Positions 12,583-23,590 of a DNA stretch of 64,000 nucleotides are shown here, one piece after another. Under the pieces are notes generated by a model. It made no database searches. It was not told the origin of the DNA and worked only from the letters and a program-made list of their open reading frames with translations. The position numbers and the translations under genes were made by a program. Position 1 is the stretch's first letter, and every line of letters starts with the position of its first letter. Source of the DNA: Nitrospirota bacterium (GTDB lineage Bacteria; Nitrospirota; Thermodesulfovibrionia; Thermodesulfovibrionales; Dissulfurispiraceae); the NCBI GenBank assembly GCA_963790025.1, contig CAWBMP010000004.1, forward strand, positions 1,536,001 to 1,600,000, in the 5' to 3' direction.

Positions 12583-15500
12583 TTATGCCTTTGCAGCGTC
12601 GCATGTGACTGCCTCATCGATCATTGCCAATATCTGGTCATCCCGGAAATTGTTGACCTGGAATGCCTTGGCAGGACAAATGGCCGCGCAAATCCCGCAT
12701 CCATGACATTTGACTTCATTATGAGCGATCTTGCCGTCTTCGCCGATATACGGAGAACCAAAAGGACACACCCTGAAGCAACTCAGACATGACATGCAGA
12801 GGTCCTTTCTATGCTTGGCAATGATGCCCGAAACCGCCAGTCGATCGTGGGACAGCACAACCCCGGCGCGGCCTGCCGCAGCCAATGCCTGGGTAATAGT
12901 TTCATCCAGGTTCTTGGGGGCATGCGCAAGGCCGGCAACAAAGAGACCCTCACTCGGGAAATCGACAGGACGGAGCTTCACATGCGCCTCAAGGAAATAA
13001 CCATCGGGGTTGCGGGTAACCTTGTACATCTCTCCAACCTTATCGGTCGTCGGGTGCGGCCTCAGCCCTGTTGAAAGGACCACCCAATCCGCATCCAGGA
13101 GCAGTTCTCTATTCAGCATATAATCCCATGTTTTGACGGTGAGATTGCTTCCGGATTTTACAACCTCCGGCTTCCTGTCGACATCGTATCTCACGAAGAG
13201 GACGCCAAGATCACGGGCCTTCCTGTAATAATCTTCGCGCAGACCATAGGTGCGGATATCCCTGTAAAGTATCACCACTTGCGCGGAAGGGTCCTTTTCT
13301 TTTATCGCAACGGCGTTTTTAACAGCATCCTGGCAGCATATGCGCGAACAGTACTGATGGGGTTCTTCACGCGAGCCCACACACTGGATCATCACATAGC
13401 GGCTTCCCGCTCTCTGCACGTCACCTGCAGAAAGTTTTTTCTCAAGCTCCCTCTGCGTGATCACCTGTTCGCTTTCTTTGTATAAGTATTCGGTAGGTTC
13501 ATATTCAATACCGCCGGTAGCAAGGACAATTGCGCCGTGATCGAATGTGCTGCCGTTGGTGAGCATTGTCTTGAAATTACCCACAAACCCCTCGGTGTTC
13601 TTCACTTCCGCACCGGTGTACACCTTGATCTTAGGATGGCCCAGGACTTCTGCAATCCTCGATTTTAGGAACTCCTGGACGTCATTACCCTCCAGGGTAC
13701 GATAAAGATTCCTCACCAAACCGCCCAACTCTTTTTCCTTTTCGACAATATGCACATCGAAGCCCTGATTTGCCAGCGAAAGCGCGGTAGTCATGCCCGC
13801 AACCCCGCCGCCAATAACCAGGCATACAGGGGTCACTCCGACGGTATCGGTCTGGATAGGCTCCTGCAGGCGGGATTTGGCAATCGCCATCTTGACGATC
13901 TGTATTGCCTTTTTTGTCGCTTCCGGTTTATGCCCCATGTGACACCACGAGCATTGTTCACGAATGTCAGCAAGGTCGAAAAGATACTTATTGAGCCCGG
14001 CATCACGGATAGTCTCCTGGAATAATGGTTCATGGGTCCTGGGTGTGCAGGAAGCAACAACAACGCGGTTCAGGTTATGCTCCTTCACCATCTGCTTGAG
14101 CATTTCCTGGTTATCCTGGGAGCAGGCATAAAGGGTGTTAGTAGCAAAGGCAACGCCGGGAAGATCCTTTACCGCTTCGACAACCTTGTCAACCTCCACT
14201 GTTGAAGCTATGTTGATTCCGCAATGGCAGACAAAAACGCCTATCCTCGGCGCCTCACCGGTCAAATCTTTTTCAGGGGGCAGCTCCTTTTTTATAGTTT
14301 CGGTCCCGCGTGCCTCTCCCAAAAGGGCCATTGCCTCTCCTGCCACGGCGCTGCCCTGCATGACAGTATCAGGAATGTCCTTCGGGCCCTGGTAGGTGCC
14401 GGTGACAAACATTCCTTCACGTGATGTTTCAACCGGCTGAAGCGGGGACGTTTTGGCAAAAAGATACTGGTTGGTCTCGATTCCGAATATTTTGGCAAAT
14501 GCTGCGGCGTCGTCGCGCGGCTGGAAGCCGACGGACAGGACCACCATTTCAAAGGTCTCATCAATAAGAGTGCCGTCTTCCGCTGCATAGCGCAGGACAA
14601 GGTCTCCGGAACCCGGATCTTCCCGGACAGAGGAGATCATAGCGCGCTGGTAACGCACGCTATATTGGCCCTTTGCCCGCTCAACGTATTTGTCAAAGTC
14701 CTTTCCAAATGCCCTCATGTCCATATAGAAAATAGTCGGCTCTATATGTTTGTCATGCTCTTTGGCGATGATCGACTGTTTTGTCGCATACATGCAGCAG
14801 ACCGACGAGCACCAGGGGTTTGCATTGTGCGGGTCCCTGGAGCCGACACACTGGATCCATGCAACTTTCTTTGGATGTTTCCCGTCAGAGGGCCTCTTCA
14901 CTTCACCCTTAAACGGACCTGACGCTGAAAGGATACGCTCAAACTGGATGGCCGTTACGACATTCGGCCAGCGGCCCAGACCAAGTTCGCCCCTGACTTT
15001 TGCATCATAACGATCGAGACCCGGCGCAAGGATTATGGAACCGACATTAACTTCGATTTCCTGCCCCTTGTCCTCATAATTAATGGCCCCGATCTTACAG
15101 GTCTTTTCACATTTCTTGCAAACGTCCTTTTTAGCGCCTTTCTTGCGACTTGTGAGATAAAGACAATACCGGTCGTCAATAGCTCTCGTGTTGGGAACGG
15201 CCTGTGGAAACAGCGAGTAAATGGCCTTGCGCTTGCCAAGCCCCTGATCGAACTCGCTCGGTACCTTTTTGGGGCATTCCGCTTCACACTCACCGCAACC
15301 CGTGCATTTGGCAGGATCGACATACCGCGGGGCAAGCCTGATCTTTGCTTTGTAATTCCCGGCTTCACCCTCGACGGACACGACTTCGGCCAAAGTATGA
15401 ATATCAATATTGAGGTGTCTGCCCACCTCCACCATTTTAGGCGAAATCATGCACATAGAACAGTCGCCTGTAGGAAAGGTCTTGTCGAGCATAACCATGG

Positions 15501-15642
15501 TGCCGCCGATAGAAGGGTCCTTTTGAACCATGTGTACTTTAAACCCACTGTCGGCAAGGTCGAGTGCTGCCTGCATACCGCCAATGCCGCCGCCGACTAC
15601 CAGTACTGATCCTTTTTTATTTGAAGACAGTTTATCGTTCAT
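12583..15642 (-). CDS. hdrA: Heterodisulfide reductase subunit A-like flavoprotein (large HdrA, two FAD-binding motifs)
   Basis: GGGIGG, LDKTFPT.DCSMC, IQCVGSR (twice), CS.VCC, GVFVCHCG, C-terminal ferredoxin motifs. Confidence 0.95.
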   Translation of the reverse strand: MNDKLSSNKKGSVLVVGGGIGGMQAALDLADSGFKVHMVQKDPSIGGTMVMLDKTFPTGDCSMCMISPKMVEVGRHLNIDIHTLAEVVSVEGEAGNYKAKIRLAPRYVDPAKCTGCGECEAECPKKVPSEFDQGLGKRKAIYSLFPQAVPNTRAIDDRYCLYLTSRKKGAKKDVCKKCEKTCKIGAINYEDKGQEIEVNVGSIILAPGLDRYDAKVRGELGLGRWPNVVTAIQFERILSASGPFKGEVKRPSDGKHPKKVAWIQCVGSRDPHNANPWCSSVCCMYATKQSIIAKEHDKHIEPTIFYMDMRAFGKDFDKYVERAKGQYSVRYQRAMISSVREDPGSGDLVLRYAAEDGTLIDETFEMVVLSVGFQPRDDAAAFAKIFGIETNQYLFAKTSPLQPVETSREGMFVTGTYQGPKDIPDTVMQGSAVAGEAMALLGEARGTETIKKELPPEKDLTGEAPRIGVFVCHCGINIASTVEVDKVVEAVKDLPGVAFATNTLYACSQDNQEMLKQMVKEHNLNRVVVASCTPRTHEPLFQETIRDAGLNKYLFDLADIREQCSWCHMGHKPEATKKAIQIVKMAIAKSRLQEPIQTDTVGVTPVCLVIGGGVAGMTTALSLANQGFDVHIVEKEKELGGLVRNLYRTLEGNDVQEFLKSRIAEVLGHPKIKVYTGAEVKNTEGFVGNFKTMLTNGSTFDHGAIVLATGGIEYEPTEYLYKESEQVITQRELEKKLSAGDVQRAGSRYVMIQCVGSREEPHQYCSRICCQDAVKNAVAIKEKDPSAQVVILYRDIRTYGLREDYYRKARDLGVLFVRYDVDRKPEVVKSGSNLTVKTWDYMLNRELLLDADWVVLSTGLRPHPTTDKVGEMYKVTRNPDGYFLEAHVKLRPVDFPSEGLFVAGLAHAPKNLDETITQALAAAGRAGVVLSHDRLAVSGIIAKHRKDLCMSCLSCFRVCPFGSPYIGEDGKIAHNEVKCHGCGICAAICPAKAFQVNNFRDDQILAMIDEAVTCDAAKA

Positions 15643-16514
15643 AGTAAATTCAATCCTCTCAAAAGTGCTGTCGCTTCTATAAAATGCCTGTCGATCTGCA
15701 GCTCGGCGGCACTGATGCCCATTGAGACCCCGATTAGTTCGGTTATAAAGTAAACAGGCAACCTCTCAGTTATCCCGAGCTTCTGCCCCGCCTCATTCTG
15801 ATAGGCGTCCATATTCATCTGGCACATAGGGCACGTGGTGACGATACAATTCGCCCCTCGTGCTACAGCGTCCTTCAGTATCCTGGACATTAGATTGAGC
15901 GAGATATTGGCGTCATTGACCGAGGCCGATGCGCCGCAACAATCTGTCTTATAACCCCAATCAATGGCCTGAGCTCCAAGCGCTTTGCAGACGATCTCCA
16001 TCCCCTGCGGATTTTCAACGTTATCCCAAACCGGGACGTCCATCGGATAGCGCGTCTGCAGACAGCCGTAATAGCAGGCCGGCTTCAATCCTTCAAGCTT
16101 TTTTGGCGCCTTTGAACTGATCGCTCCGGATTGCGCCTGCCCGACCAGAAGATCGAGAATGGACAAAAGCTTGATCTTTCCCTGCACTTTATCGGAAAGT
16201 TCAGCGTTGATCTTTTCTCTTAAATCCTTATCACCTTCAAGCGTCTTCTGAGCAAGTAGCGTGCGGCTGTAACAGGAAGCACACGGTATCATCATCTCCG
16301 CATAACCGCTCGCATCAGCGATGCCCAGATTCCGGGCCGGCAGGGCTGTCGCCAGAAAGTCGTTGGTCTTCGCAGCGGAAGTTGCGCCGCAGCAGTTCCA
16401 ATCCACGATTTCCTTGAGGTCCACACCAAGCCTCCCTAACACAGCCTTGCATTGAACATCATAAAGCGCGCTGGAGGCATGGAGTGAACATCCAGGATAA
16501 TATGCTATTTCCAT
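15639..16514 (-). CDS. hdrB: Heterodisulfide reductase subunit B
   Basis: YYPGC, two CCG motifs, YYGC, CPMCQ. Confidence 0.94.
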   Translation of the reverse strand: MEIAYYPGCSLHASSALYDVQCKAVLGRLGVDLKEIVDWNCCGATSAAKTNDFLATALPARNLGIADASGYAEMMIPCASCYSRTLLAQKTLEGDKDLREKINAELSDKVQGKIKLLSILDLLVGQAQSGAISSKAPKKLEGLKPACYYGCLQTRYPMDVPVWDNVENPQGMEIVCKALGAQAIDWGYKTDCCGASASVNDANISLNLMSRILKDAVARGANCIVTTCPMCQMNMDAYQNEAGQKLGITERLPVYFITELIGVSMGISAAELQIDRHFIEATALLRGLNLL

Positions 16515-16556
16515 AATATTACCTCTTTGATAAAACGGTTTCGTAAAAAGTCCATT

Positions 16557-17162
16557 TTATTTTTCTGTACTTTTCTTATACAGGTGTTTCACTTCGGACA
16601 GGCCTTTAATCTTTTCCATGCCGAAATGCATTCTCTTGAGCTTCATCATTGTTTTCCCAAGCCGGGACTGGTTCTTCAGTTCTTCGATAACAGCCTTTAA
16701 TCCTCCGCCCCCGCGAAATTCGTCTTTGGCATTCTTGAATTCATACATGCCCATAAATTCAAGCTCGTTCAGCCGCCCAAAATGTGAGGCCGAGGTAAGG
16801 AAAGAGCTGTGGAAATTAGCAACCTTAGGGGCCAAAGGTTTAAGGTGTGCCTCTTTCACCATCTGCTTGAGGGACTCAGTGATCCGTGCAGTATGTATGT
16901 TATTGGGACAACGTGTACCGCATGTGTAACAGGCCACACATTGCCAGACAAGCTGGTTATTCATAGCACCATCCCTGTCGCCCATAACTATCATACGGAT
17001 CAGGCGATCAGGGGTCACACCCGTCACATCGCCAACAGGACATCCCGCCGCACAACGGCGGCATTGGTAACAGGCATTAAGATTCTGGCCCGAACGCTCC
17101 ATGACTTCCTGCAGCAGAGACTTTGAGATATCGGCTTTATATTTCAGTGTTGTGGATGGCAT
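16557..17162 (-). CDS. hdrC: Heterodisulfide reductase subunit C
   Basis: CYQCRRCAAGCP and WQCVACYTCGTRCP. Confidence 0.93.
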   Translation of the reverse strand: MPSTTLKYKADISKSLLQEVMERSGQNLNACYQCRRCAAGCPVGDVTGVTPDRLIRMIVMGDRDGAMNNQLVWQCVACYTCGTRCPNNIHTARITESLKQMVKEAHLKPLAPKVANFHSSFLTSASHFGRLNELEFMGMYEFKNAKDEFRGGGGLKAVIEELKNQSRLGKTMMKLKRMHFGMEKIKGLSEVKHLYKKSTEK

Positions 17163-17240
17163 AGAACAGCTCCTTACGAAAGCTAAAAATTTTGAGTTGC
17201 TCTTCTAATATAACATTCACTATTTCGTTTTATCAATAAC

Positions 17241-17272
17241 GGGGAGGGTACAAATTAATCTGTGCCCTCCCC
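17241..17272. terminator. GC-rich hairpin between folD and hdrC
   Basis: GGGGAGGGTACA...TGTGCCCTCCCC; only a weak U-tract. Confidence 0.4.
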
Positions 17273-17287
17273 TGAAAAGACAATTTA

Positions 17288-18199
17288 TTATATCGGTAAT
17301 CCGGCATGCAATTTCGCAGACGTGACCGTGTTTTTCATGAGCATTGTAATGGTCATCGGTCCTACGCCACCCGGCACCGGTGTTATGGCGCCCGCAATTT
17401 CCTTGGCAGCATCAAAGTCGACATCTCCCTTGAGTATCGGTATCGGCTTGCCCGTTTTAGCGCTGATCTTTTCGCCGACACGGTTAACACCCACATCGAT
17501 AACACAAGCTCCTGGCTTTATCCATTCAGGCTTCACAAGGCCGGGCACGCCTGCGGCGACAATAAGAATGTCAGCGCGTTTGCAATGAGCGTCGAGGTTC
17601 TTCGTGCCGGTGTGGACAACTGTGACAGTAGCATTAGCGCCCCTGCCCTTCTGAAGCATGATGTTGGCTATGGGTTTGCCGACTATATTTGACCGGCCAA
17701 CAACCACAACCTCGGCACCCGAGGTTTCGTAGCCGGCACGAACTATCAACTCCTGTATGCCTGCAGGCGTGCAGGGCAGAAACTTCGCCTCTTTTCCGCC
17801 GATCATAAGGCGTCCGACATTAACCGGATGGAATGCGTCAACATCCTTGTCGGGATCGATGGCATTGAGGACCTTCTTCTCATCTATATGCTTGGGAATG
17901 GGTAGTTGGACCAGGATACCGTGTATCTTGGGGTCCTTGTTGTACTTGTCAACGAGCTTGAGGAGGTCCTCTTCGGACAGTGTATCGGGCTGGCTGTCCT
18001 GGATAGAATAAAAGCCAAGCTCATGTGCGGTTTTCCCTTTGGCTGTTACATAGCTGACAGAGGCCGGGTTCTGGCCCACCAGGATGGTAACCAGTCCGGG
18101 AACAATACCCTTCTCGGCTTTCAGCTTGTCAACTTCCTTCTTAAGCTCCTCTCTGATCTGTGCCGCCACTTCTGTGCCACTAATAATCTTTGCAGACAT
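17288..18199 (-). CDS. folD: Methylene-THF dehydrogenase/cyclohydrolase
   Basis: Motifs GILVQLP, KDVD, PCTP, GRSNIVGKP, ITPVPGGVGPMT. Confidence 0.98.
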   Translation of the reverse strand: MSAKIISGTEVAAQIREELKKEVDKLKAEKGIVPGLVTILVGQNPASVSYVTAKGKTAHELGFYSIQDSQPDTLSEEDLLKLVDKYNKDPKIHGILVQLPIPKHIDEKKVLNAIDPDKDVDAFHPVNVGRLMIGGKEAKFLPCTPAGIQELIVRAGYETSGAEVVVVGRSNIVGKPIANIMLQKGRGANATVTVVHTGTKNLDAHCKRADILIVAAGVPGLVKPEWIKPGACVIDVGVNRVGEKISAKTGKPIPILKGDVDFDAAKEIAGAITPVPGGVGPMTITMLMKNTVTSAKLHAGLPI

Positions 18200-18212
18200 A
18201 ATAACCTCCCTT

Positions 18213-18773
18213 TTAGTAGTTCTTCTTTATAAGTTGCAGCATTTCTTCTCTTGTGCTCTGCTTTGTTCTGAAGTTTCCCCTGACCGCTGACGTTATGGTC
18301 CTTGATCCAGGCTTCTTGATACCCCTCATGCTCATGCAAAGATGCTCAGCATCTATGACCACCATGCAGCCTTTGGGTTTCAACTTGTTCATCAGCATAT
18401 CCGCCAGCTGTGCCGTAAGCCGCTCCTGGACCTGGGGCCTTTTTGCAAGATGCTCAAGCGCTCTGGGCAATTCGTTGAGCCCCACTATTTTGCCTGAAGG
18501 AATGTAAGCTATGTGTGCCTTTCCAAAAAACGGCAAAAGGTGGTGTTCACAGACGGAATAGAACGGTATGTCCTTCAGCAAAACCATTTCGTCGTGGCTT
18601 TCACCCTCTATCGGCTTCAGCAGGTCATCTGCGGGTGTTTCGAGTCCTGCGAATATCTCGGCAAACATTTTTGCCACCCGGTCAGGTGTAGACTTGAGCC
18701 CAGGCCTGGTAGTGTCCTCGCCTATGCCTTCAAGGACTAATTTGATGCCCTGGCTGATCTTTTTATTGTCCAT
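18213..18773 (-). CDS. folE: GTP cyclohydrolase I
   Basis: Motifs [25 protein letters not shown]; the usual GLSK motif reads GLNE. Confidence 0.9.
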   Translation of the reverse strand: MDNKKISQGIKLVLEGIGEDTTRPGLKSTPDRVAKMFAEIFAGLETPADDLLKPIEGESHDEMVLLKDIPFYSVCEHHLLPFFGKAHIAYIPSGKIVGLNELPRALEHLAKRPQVQERLTAQLADMLMNKLKPKGCMVVIDAEHLCMSMRGIKKPGSRTITSAVRGNFRTKQSTREEMLQLIKKNY

Positions 18774-19347
18774 GGCAGTGTATAATTTTTTTGTCGGTAA
18801 TGATTTTGTCCATTTTAATATCGTGTGTATCTGCTGGAATGTCCTTCAGTACCTGTTCTTCATACGCCAGTGCGATGGCTGGGGCATTTTTCCGCGATAG
18901 TAGCTTATCATAAAAGCCTTTTCCGTATCCCAACCGGTTACACTGCTCATCAAAGGCTACGCCGGGGATAATCATCAAGCCGATGTCGGCTGCTTTTACT
19001 CTCCTGTCTTCAATAGCAGGGGGTTCGAGAATACCGAAATAGCCGCGGGCAAGATCATCCATAGAGCGTATCATATAGAGCACCAACCCGTCATTTTGCA
19101 CATCAACCCTGGGGAGGACAACTGTTTTTTTGTTGAGTAAGCTTTGCTTTATTATTTCGAAGGTATCAACTTCGCTTCTGAACGAAGCGTATAAAAGGAT
19201 GGTCCGCGCCGCAATAAATTCCGGTAGTGTCAGCAACCGCATTCTGATGCTTTCATCTTTTGCTTTCCTGACCTCACTGATGAGCAAGTCACGGAGGGAA
19301 AGAACTTCTTTTCTTATAGTGGGCTTTTCTTTGAGGGCGGTGGCCAC
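18763..19347 (-). CDS. 5-formyltetrahydrofolate cyclo-ligase
   Basis: Motifs [21 protein letters not shown]. Confidence 0.95.
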   Translation of the reverse strand: MATALKEKPTIRKEVLSLRDLLISEVRKAKDESIRMRLLTLPEFIAARTILLYASFRSEVDTFEIIKQSLLNKKTVVLPRVDVQNDGLVLYMIRSMDDLARGYFGILEPPAIEDRRVKAADIGLMIIPGVAFDEQCNRLGYGKGFYDKLLSRKNAPAIALAYEEQVLKDIPADTHDIKMDKIITDKKIIHCHGQ

Positions 19348-19351
19348 GTGC

Positions 19352-20137
19352 TTACGCCCGGTCCTCAGTTAAGGAGCCCTCAAGGCGCTCCATGATCTGC
19401 TTTATATCTTCAACGATGTCGGGGACCTCAAAGGGCGATATGCCTCGCACATCGGCATCCATTACAGATTGTCTGAATTTCATTGCGCCCAATAATTCCA
19501 TTCCCTTAAGATGGTCCTTTATGAATTGCACATCGGAATCATTTCTAACCTTGTTAGCCACGACAAAAACTTTCTTCACTCCGAGCCCTTTCGCCAGCTC
19601 TCTGACAGTTGCAGCAGTCTGGATGCTTCTTTGCCCGGGCTCGACCACAACAATAAATGCGTCAACAGACTCTGCTGTGCCCCTCGTGAGGTGTTCTATT
19701 CCTGCTTCCATGTCAACGATGATCACCTCATCTCTTTCAACGATAAGGTGCTTGAGAAGCCTTCTTAAAAAAACATGTTCCGGACAGTAGCAGCCTGCGG
19801 CTGCTGCTTTTGATTTCCCCATTATAAGAAGCGATATATTGCCGATCCGGAAACCAAAATCTTCAGGCAGGTCGTCGACACGAGGATTTATCTTGAACAT
19901 GCCCCCACTCGTACCGGGTTTTGCACCTGTCCTCTCTTCAATGAGTTCAGCCATCTCAGCAATCGGCTTCAGCTTTTCGATATCGGCAAGTCCGATTCCA
20001 AGGGCCTGTGCCAGATTGGCATCAGGGTCTGCGTCAACAGCAATCACTCTCTTTCCGCTCGAAGCAAAAAGATGGCTCAAAACAGCAGAAAGTGTTGTTT
20101 TCCCAACTCCGCCTTTACCTGTAACTGCTACTTTCAT
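19352..20137 (-). CDS. cooC: CooC/AcsF nickel-insertion ATPase (CODH/ACS maturation)
   Basis: GKGGVGKTT, DADPDANL, GCYC, DMEAGIEHL.RGT. Confidence 0.93.
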   Translation of the reverse strand: MKVAVTGKGGVGKTTLSAVLSHLFASSGKRVIAVDADPDANLAQALGIGLADIEKLKPIAEMAELIEERTGAKPGTSGGMFKINPRVDDLPEDFGFRIGNISLLIMGKSKAAAAGCYCPEHVFLRRLLKHLIVERDEVIIVDMEAGIEHLTRGTAESVDAFIVVVEPGQRSIQTAATVRELAKGLGVKKVFVVANKVRNDSDVQFIKDHLKGMELLGAMKFRQSVMDADVRGISPFEVPDIVEDIKQIMERLEGSLTEDRA

Positions 20138-20329
20138 GAGTTTAGTAACATAACATATTCAACAGCGCAATGAAAGCTTTTTTTTTACTTTTTTATAGGA
20201 GCTATAAGTCCCAATTAAACAGGCCCTTTTGCCCATTCAGCTATGTTATTGCGGAATCAGCGGCAAAAGGGTAAAATAGTTTACGTTTTAAGGCCAAATA
20301 CCTATTAGATAGTTGAGGTTGTAACAGAA

Positions 20330-21739
20330 ATGACAAATAAGCAAACCCGCTTGGCATCGTTGCCGTCTGTTGACGAAATCCTGAAGTCTGAAAAGGGCGT
20401 GGAGTGGCAACAATCTTTTCCGCGGCGTTACGTCATCAGATCCATACGCGATGTGATCGAACGATACAGGCAGGCAATTTTCAGGGATGAGATCAGGGAG
20501 TTTTCGCTCGAAGAAATGGTTACCAATATACAAATGTTGATACAAAGATCTTCGCAATTCAGCCTTAAAACCGTGATTAATGCAACCGGCATCGTGATTC
20601 ATACTAATCTTGGACGATCGGTTCTTTCAGAAGAAATACTCAAAAATGTGAAAAACGTGGCCTGCGGTTATTCCAATCTGGAATATGAACTCGAACAAGG
20701 CAAGAGGGGCAAACGCTTCTCGCACGTGCAAAGATTGCTCAATGATATCACCGGCGCTGAGAGCAGCATTATTGTCAATAACAATGCTGCAGCGGTATTT
20801 GTTTGCTTATCGGCACTCGCTAAAGGAAAAGAGGTCCTTGTCTCCAGGGGCGAATTGGTTGAGATCGGCGGCTCTTTCAGAATACCTGACGTGATGACCT
20901 GTAGCGGTGCGCTATTAACTGAGGTAGGCACGACGAATAAAACACATCTCCGCGACTATGAGCAGTCCATAAATGAAAATACGGCATTACTGCTGAAGGT
21001 GCACCAATCAAATTTCCGTATGGTAGGCTTTAGTGAATCCGTCTCAATAGAGGAGTTGGTTACCCTCGGGGAAAAGCATAACATCCCAGTTATGTTCGAT
21101 TTGGGCAGTGGCTGCCTTGTAGACCTGAAGCCATATGGCATTCAAATTGAGCCGACCGTTCAGGATGTTGTAAGGGCGGGGACGGATATAGTGACATTCA
21201 GTGGTGACAAGCTGCTCGGCGGGCCGCAGGGCGGGGTGGTTGTTGGCAAAGCTAAACTCATTGAAATTATTGCTAAAAATCCACTTATGAGGGCTGTCAG
21301 GATAGATAAATTGACCCTTTCTGCATTTGAGTCTGTACTTATGTGTTACCTTGATGAGGATAATGCCAGGATTCAGATTCCGACATTAAATATGCTATTG
21401 CAGGATACCAGGCAAATAAAGGCGCGGGCCAAAAGGATAGCTATACAAATAAGAAAAGAAATTGATACTTCCAATGATGACATTGCAAGGTTAGCTGTAG
21501 TCAAAGACGCCTCTCAAGCCGGCGGAGGTGCGTTGCCCGAGATCAAATTTGAGACCTGGTCGATCACAATTAAACCGGTGAAGCTGTCTGTGAACAAATT
21601 GGAAGAGCGGTTGAGACACGGCGACCCTCCTGTAATAACAAGGATAAAGGAAGATGCCCTGATAATTGACGCAAGGACCGTGAGAGATAAAGAAATTAAG
21701 CTTTTGGCAAAAGCGCTCAAAGCCGCGTTGAACTATTGA
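20330..21739 (+). CDS. selA: L-seryl-tRNA(Sec) selenium transferase
   Basis: Motifs INATG..HTNLGR, SRGELVEIGGSFRIPDVM, DLGSG, FSGDKLLGGPQ. Confidence 0.97.
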   Translation: MTNKQTRLASLPSVDEILKSEKGVEWQQSFPRRYVIRSIRDVIERYRQAIFRDEIREFSLEEMVTNIQMLIQRSSQFSLKTVINATGIVIHTNLGRSVLSEEILKNVKNVACGYSNLEYELEQGKRGKRFSHVQRLLNDITGAESSIIVNNNAAAVFVCLSALAKGKEVLVSRGELVEIGGSFRIPDVMTCSGALLTEVGTTNKTHLRDYEQSINENTALLLKVHQSNFRMVGFSESVSIEELVTLGEKHNIPVMFDLGSGCLVDLKPYGIQIEPTVQDVVRAGTDIVTFSGDKLLGGPQGGVVVGKAKLIEIIAKNPLMRAVRIDKLTLSAFESVLMCYLDEDNARIQIPTLNMLLQDTRQIKARAKRIAIQIRKEIDTSNDDIARLAVVKDASQAGGGALPEIKFETWSITIKPVKLSVNKLEERLRHGDPPVITRIKEDALIIDARTVRDKEIKLLAKALKAALNY

Positions 21740-21784
21740 GCCCGTTTCTGCGATATCAGGCGGTACATATGGAATAATATATTC

Positions 21785-22489
21785 ATGAAGTGGCCCAAGA
21801 ACATAGCAGCCGCACGGGCAATGCAGGAGGATCTGAAGGGTAAGAACAAGATCACTCCTTTAAAAGAAATGCCTCATTTCATAGCGGGGGTCGATGCAGC
21901 ATTCCAGGGCAATAAAGTCGTGGCTGCGGCGTGCCTTTTTGAGTATCCACGTTTGGAACCCGTCGAAGATTCCTGTCATATCGCGGATACTCCATTCCCT
22001 TATTTTCCTGGGTTTCTCACATTCAGAGAAGGCCCTGCGATAGTAAAGGCTTTGAAAAAACTCAACAATAAACCTGATCTGCTGCTCATGGACGGACAAG
22101 GTATTGCTCATCCAAGGGCAATGGGAATCGCTGCCCATCTCGGAATAGTGCTTGATATCCCTTCTGTCGGCTGTGCCAAATCGAGGCTCATCGGTGACTA
22201 TGTTGAGCCGGGTTACAAAAAAGGAGATTGGTCTTACCTCCGGTATAATGACAGTATAGTCGGAGTTGTGCTGCGGACCAGGTCCGGGATCAAACCTCTC
22301 TTCGTTTCTCCGGGTCACAAAATAGACCTGGCCGGTTCAATCATGCTGGTTCTGGATTGCACCGAAAATTACAGAATTCCTGAACCGCTGAGAAGGGCTG
22401 ATATGTTGTCGAAGAAACTGAAAAAAGAGGTGCAGTTGCATCATCTTAAAATAATCAACTTTAATAAATTAGCCAATTGTACTATATGA
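21785..22489 (+). CDS. nfi: Endonuclease V
   Basis: Motifs [35 protein letters not shown]. Confidence 0.95.
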   Translation: MKWPKNIAAARAMQEDLKGKNKITPLKEMPHFIAGVDAAFQGNKVVAAACLFEYPRLEPVEDSCHIADTPFPYFPGFLTFREGPAIVKALKKLNNKPDLLLMDGQGIAHPRAMGIAAHLGIVLDIPSVGCAKSRLIGDYVEPGYKKGDWSYLRYNDSIVGVVLRTRSGIKPLFVSPGHKIDLAGSIMLVLDCTENYRIPEPLRRADMLSKKLKKEVQLHHLKIINFNKLANCTI

Positions 22490-23523
22490 ATATCCGCAGA
22501 CAGACAGAAGAGATAGAAAAGAGCGTCTTTCACCCAAAGGCGTGCCTGAGCTCCGGCAGTAAAGGCAGGGTGAAACGCGAAAAAGAGGACGATATCAGGA
22601 CCTGTTTTCAGAGAGACAGGGACAGGATCATCCACTGCAAGGCTTTCAGAAGATTGAAACATAAGACTCAGGTCTTTATGGCCCCCAAAGGCGACCATTA
22701 CAGGACCAGACTTACACATGTTCTTGAAGTATCACAAATTGCACGCACAATTGCGCGCGCGTTGCGCCTGAATGAGGACCTTGTCGAAGCTATAGCTTTG
22801 GGCCATGACCTGGGGCACACCCCTTTTGGCCATGCCGGAGAAGCCCTACTAAATGAGATTTTTCCGGGCGGATTTGACCATTGCAAGCAGAGTCTAAGGG
22901 TTGTTGATTTTCTGGAGCGCGAGGGCAGGGGACTCAATCTGACTCGTGAAGTCCGAGACGGCATTGTAAAGCATTCCAAAGGCAAAGGACTAATCGTACC
23001 TGAAACTTCCAGGGACTTGCCGTCAACATTCGAAGGAGTTGTTGTCAGGATAGCGGATATAATCGCTTACGTTAATCATGATCTTGATGATTCCATCAGG
23101 GCTGGGGTCATTAAGAGGTCCGAAGTCCCAGCCAAAATAGTTAAAACCCTTGGTGACAGATATGCCAAACGCATAGACACCATGGTACGCGATGCGGTGA
23201 ACGCTACTATTGCAGCAGGCTACAAAGAAATGACAATGAGCGAGACTGTGGCAGAGGCCGTATACAGTCTCCGGGATTTTCTGTTTAAGCATGTTTACGA
23301 GAGCGATGGCATTATGCGGGAATTTAATAAGGCAAAAGGCATTTTAAGGGCGCTATATCAATTTTATATTGGACACATGGACGATGTTTTCCAGGGCAGC
23401 CTTCCTGAGAAGAAGCTTGAGAGACACAGGATGGTTTGTGATTTTATCGCAGGAATGACAGACAGCTTCGCACTGATGACCTACGAGAGATTATTTCTCC
23501 CCCAGCAGTGGACAGTTCTCTAA
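22486..23523 (+). CDS. dgt: Deoxyguanosinetriphosphate triphosphohydrolase-like HD protein
   Basis: Motifs [45 protein letters not shown]. Confidence 0.92.
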   Translation: MNIRRQTEEIEKSVFHPKACLSSGSKGRVKREKEDDIRTCFQRDRDRIIHCKAFRRLKHKTQVFMAPKGDHYRTRLTHVLEVSQIARTIARALRLNEDLVEAIALGHDLGHTPFGHAGEALLNEIFPGGFDHCKQSLRVVDFLEREGRGLNLTREVRDGIVKHSKGKGLIVPETSRDLPSTFEGVVVRIADIIAYVNHDLDDSIRAGVIKRSEVPAKIVKTLGDRYAKRIDTMVRDAVNATIAAGYKEMTMSETVAEAVYSLRDFLFKHVYESDGIMREFNKAKGILRALYQFYIGHMDDVFQGSLPEKKLERHRMVCDFIAGMTDSFALMTYERLFLPQQWTVL

Positions 23524-23525
23524 TT

Positions 23526-23541
23526 TGTTCCACGTGGAACT
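23526..23541. promoter_or_regulatory. parS centromere-like site 1
   Basis: TGTTCCACGTGGAACT, a 15/16 match to the palindrome TGTTCCACGTGGAACA. Confidence 0.88.
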
Positions 23542-23574
23542 ACTTCTGTTTGTCATTATGACAATTTGGCCTAT

Positions 23575-23590
23575 TGTTCCACGTGGAACG
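23575..23590. promoter_or_regulatory. parS centromere-like site 2
   Basis: TGTTCCACGTGGAACG, 49 bp from site 1. Confidence 0.88.

Noticed and set aside
20138..20329. Possible selC tRNA next to selA
   Set aside because: No cloverleaf, TCA anticodon arm or T-loop found by eye.
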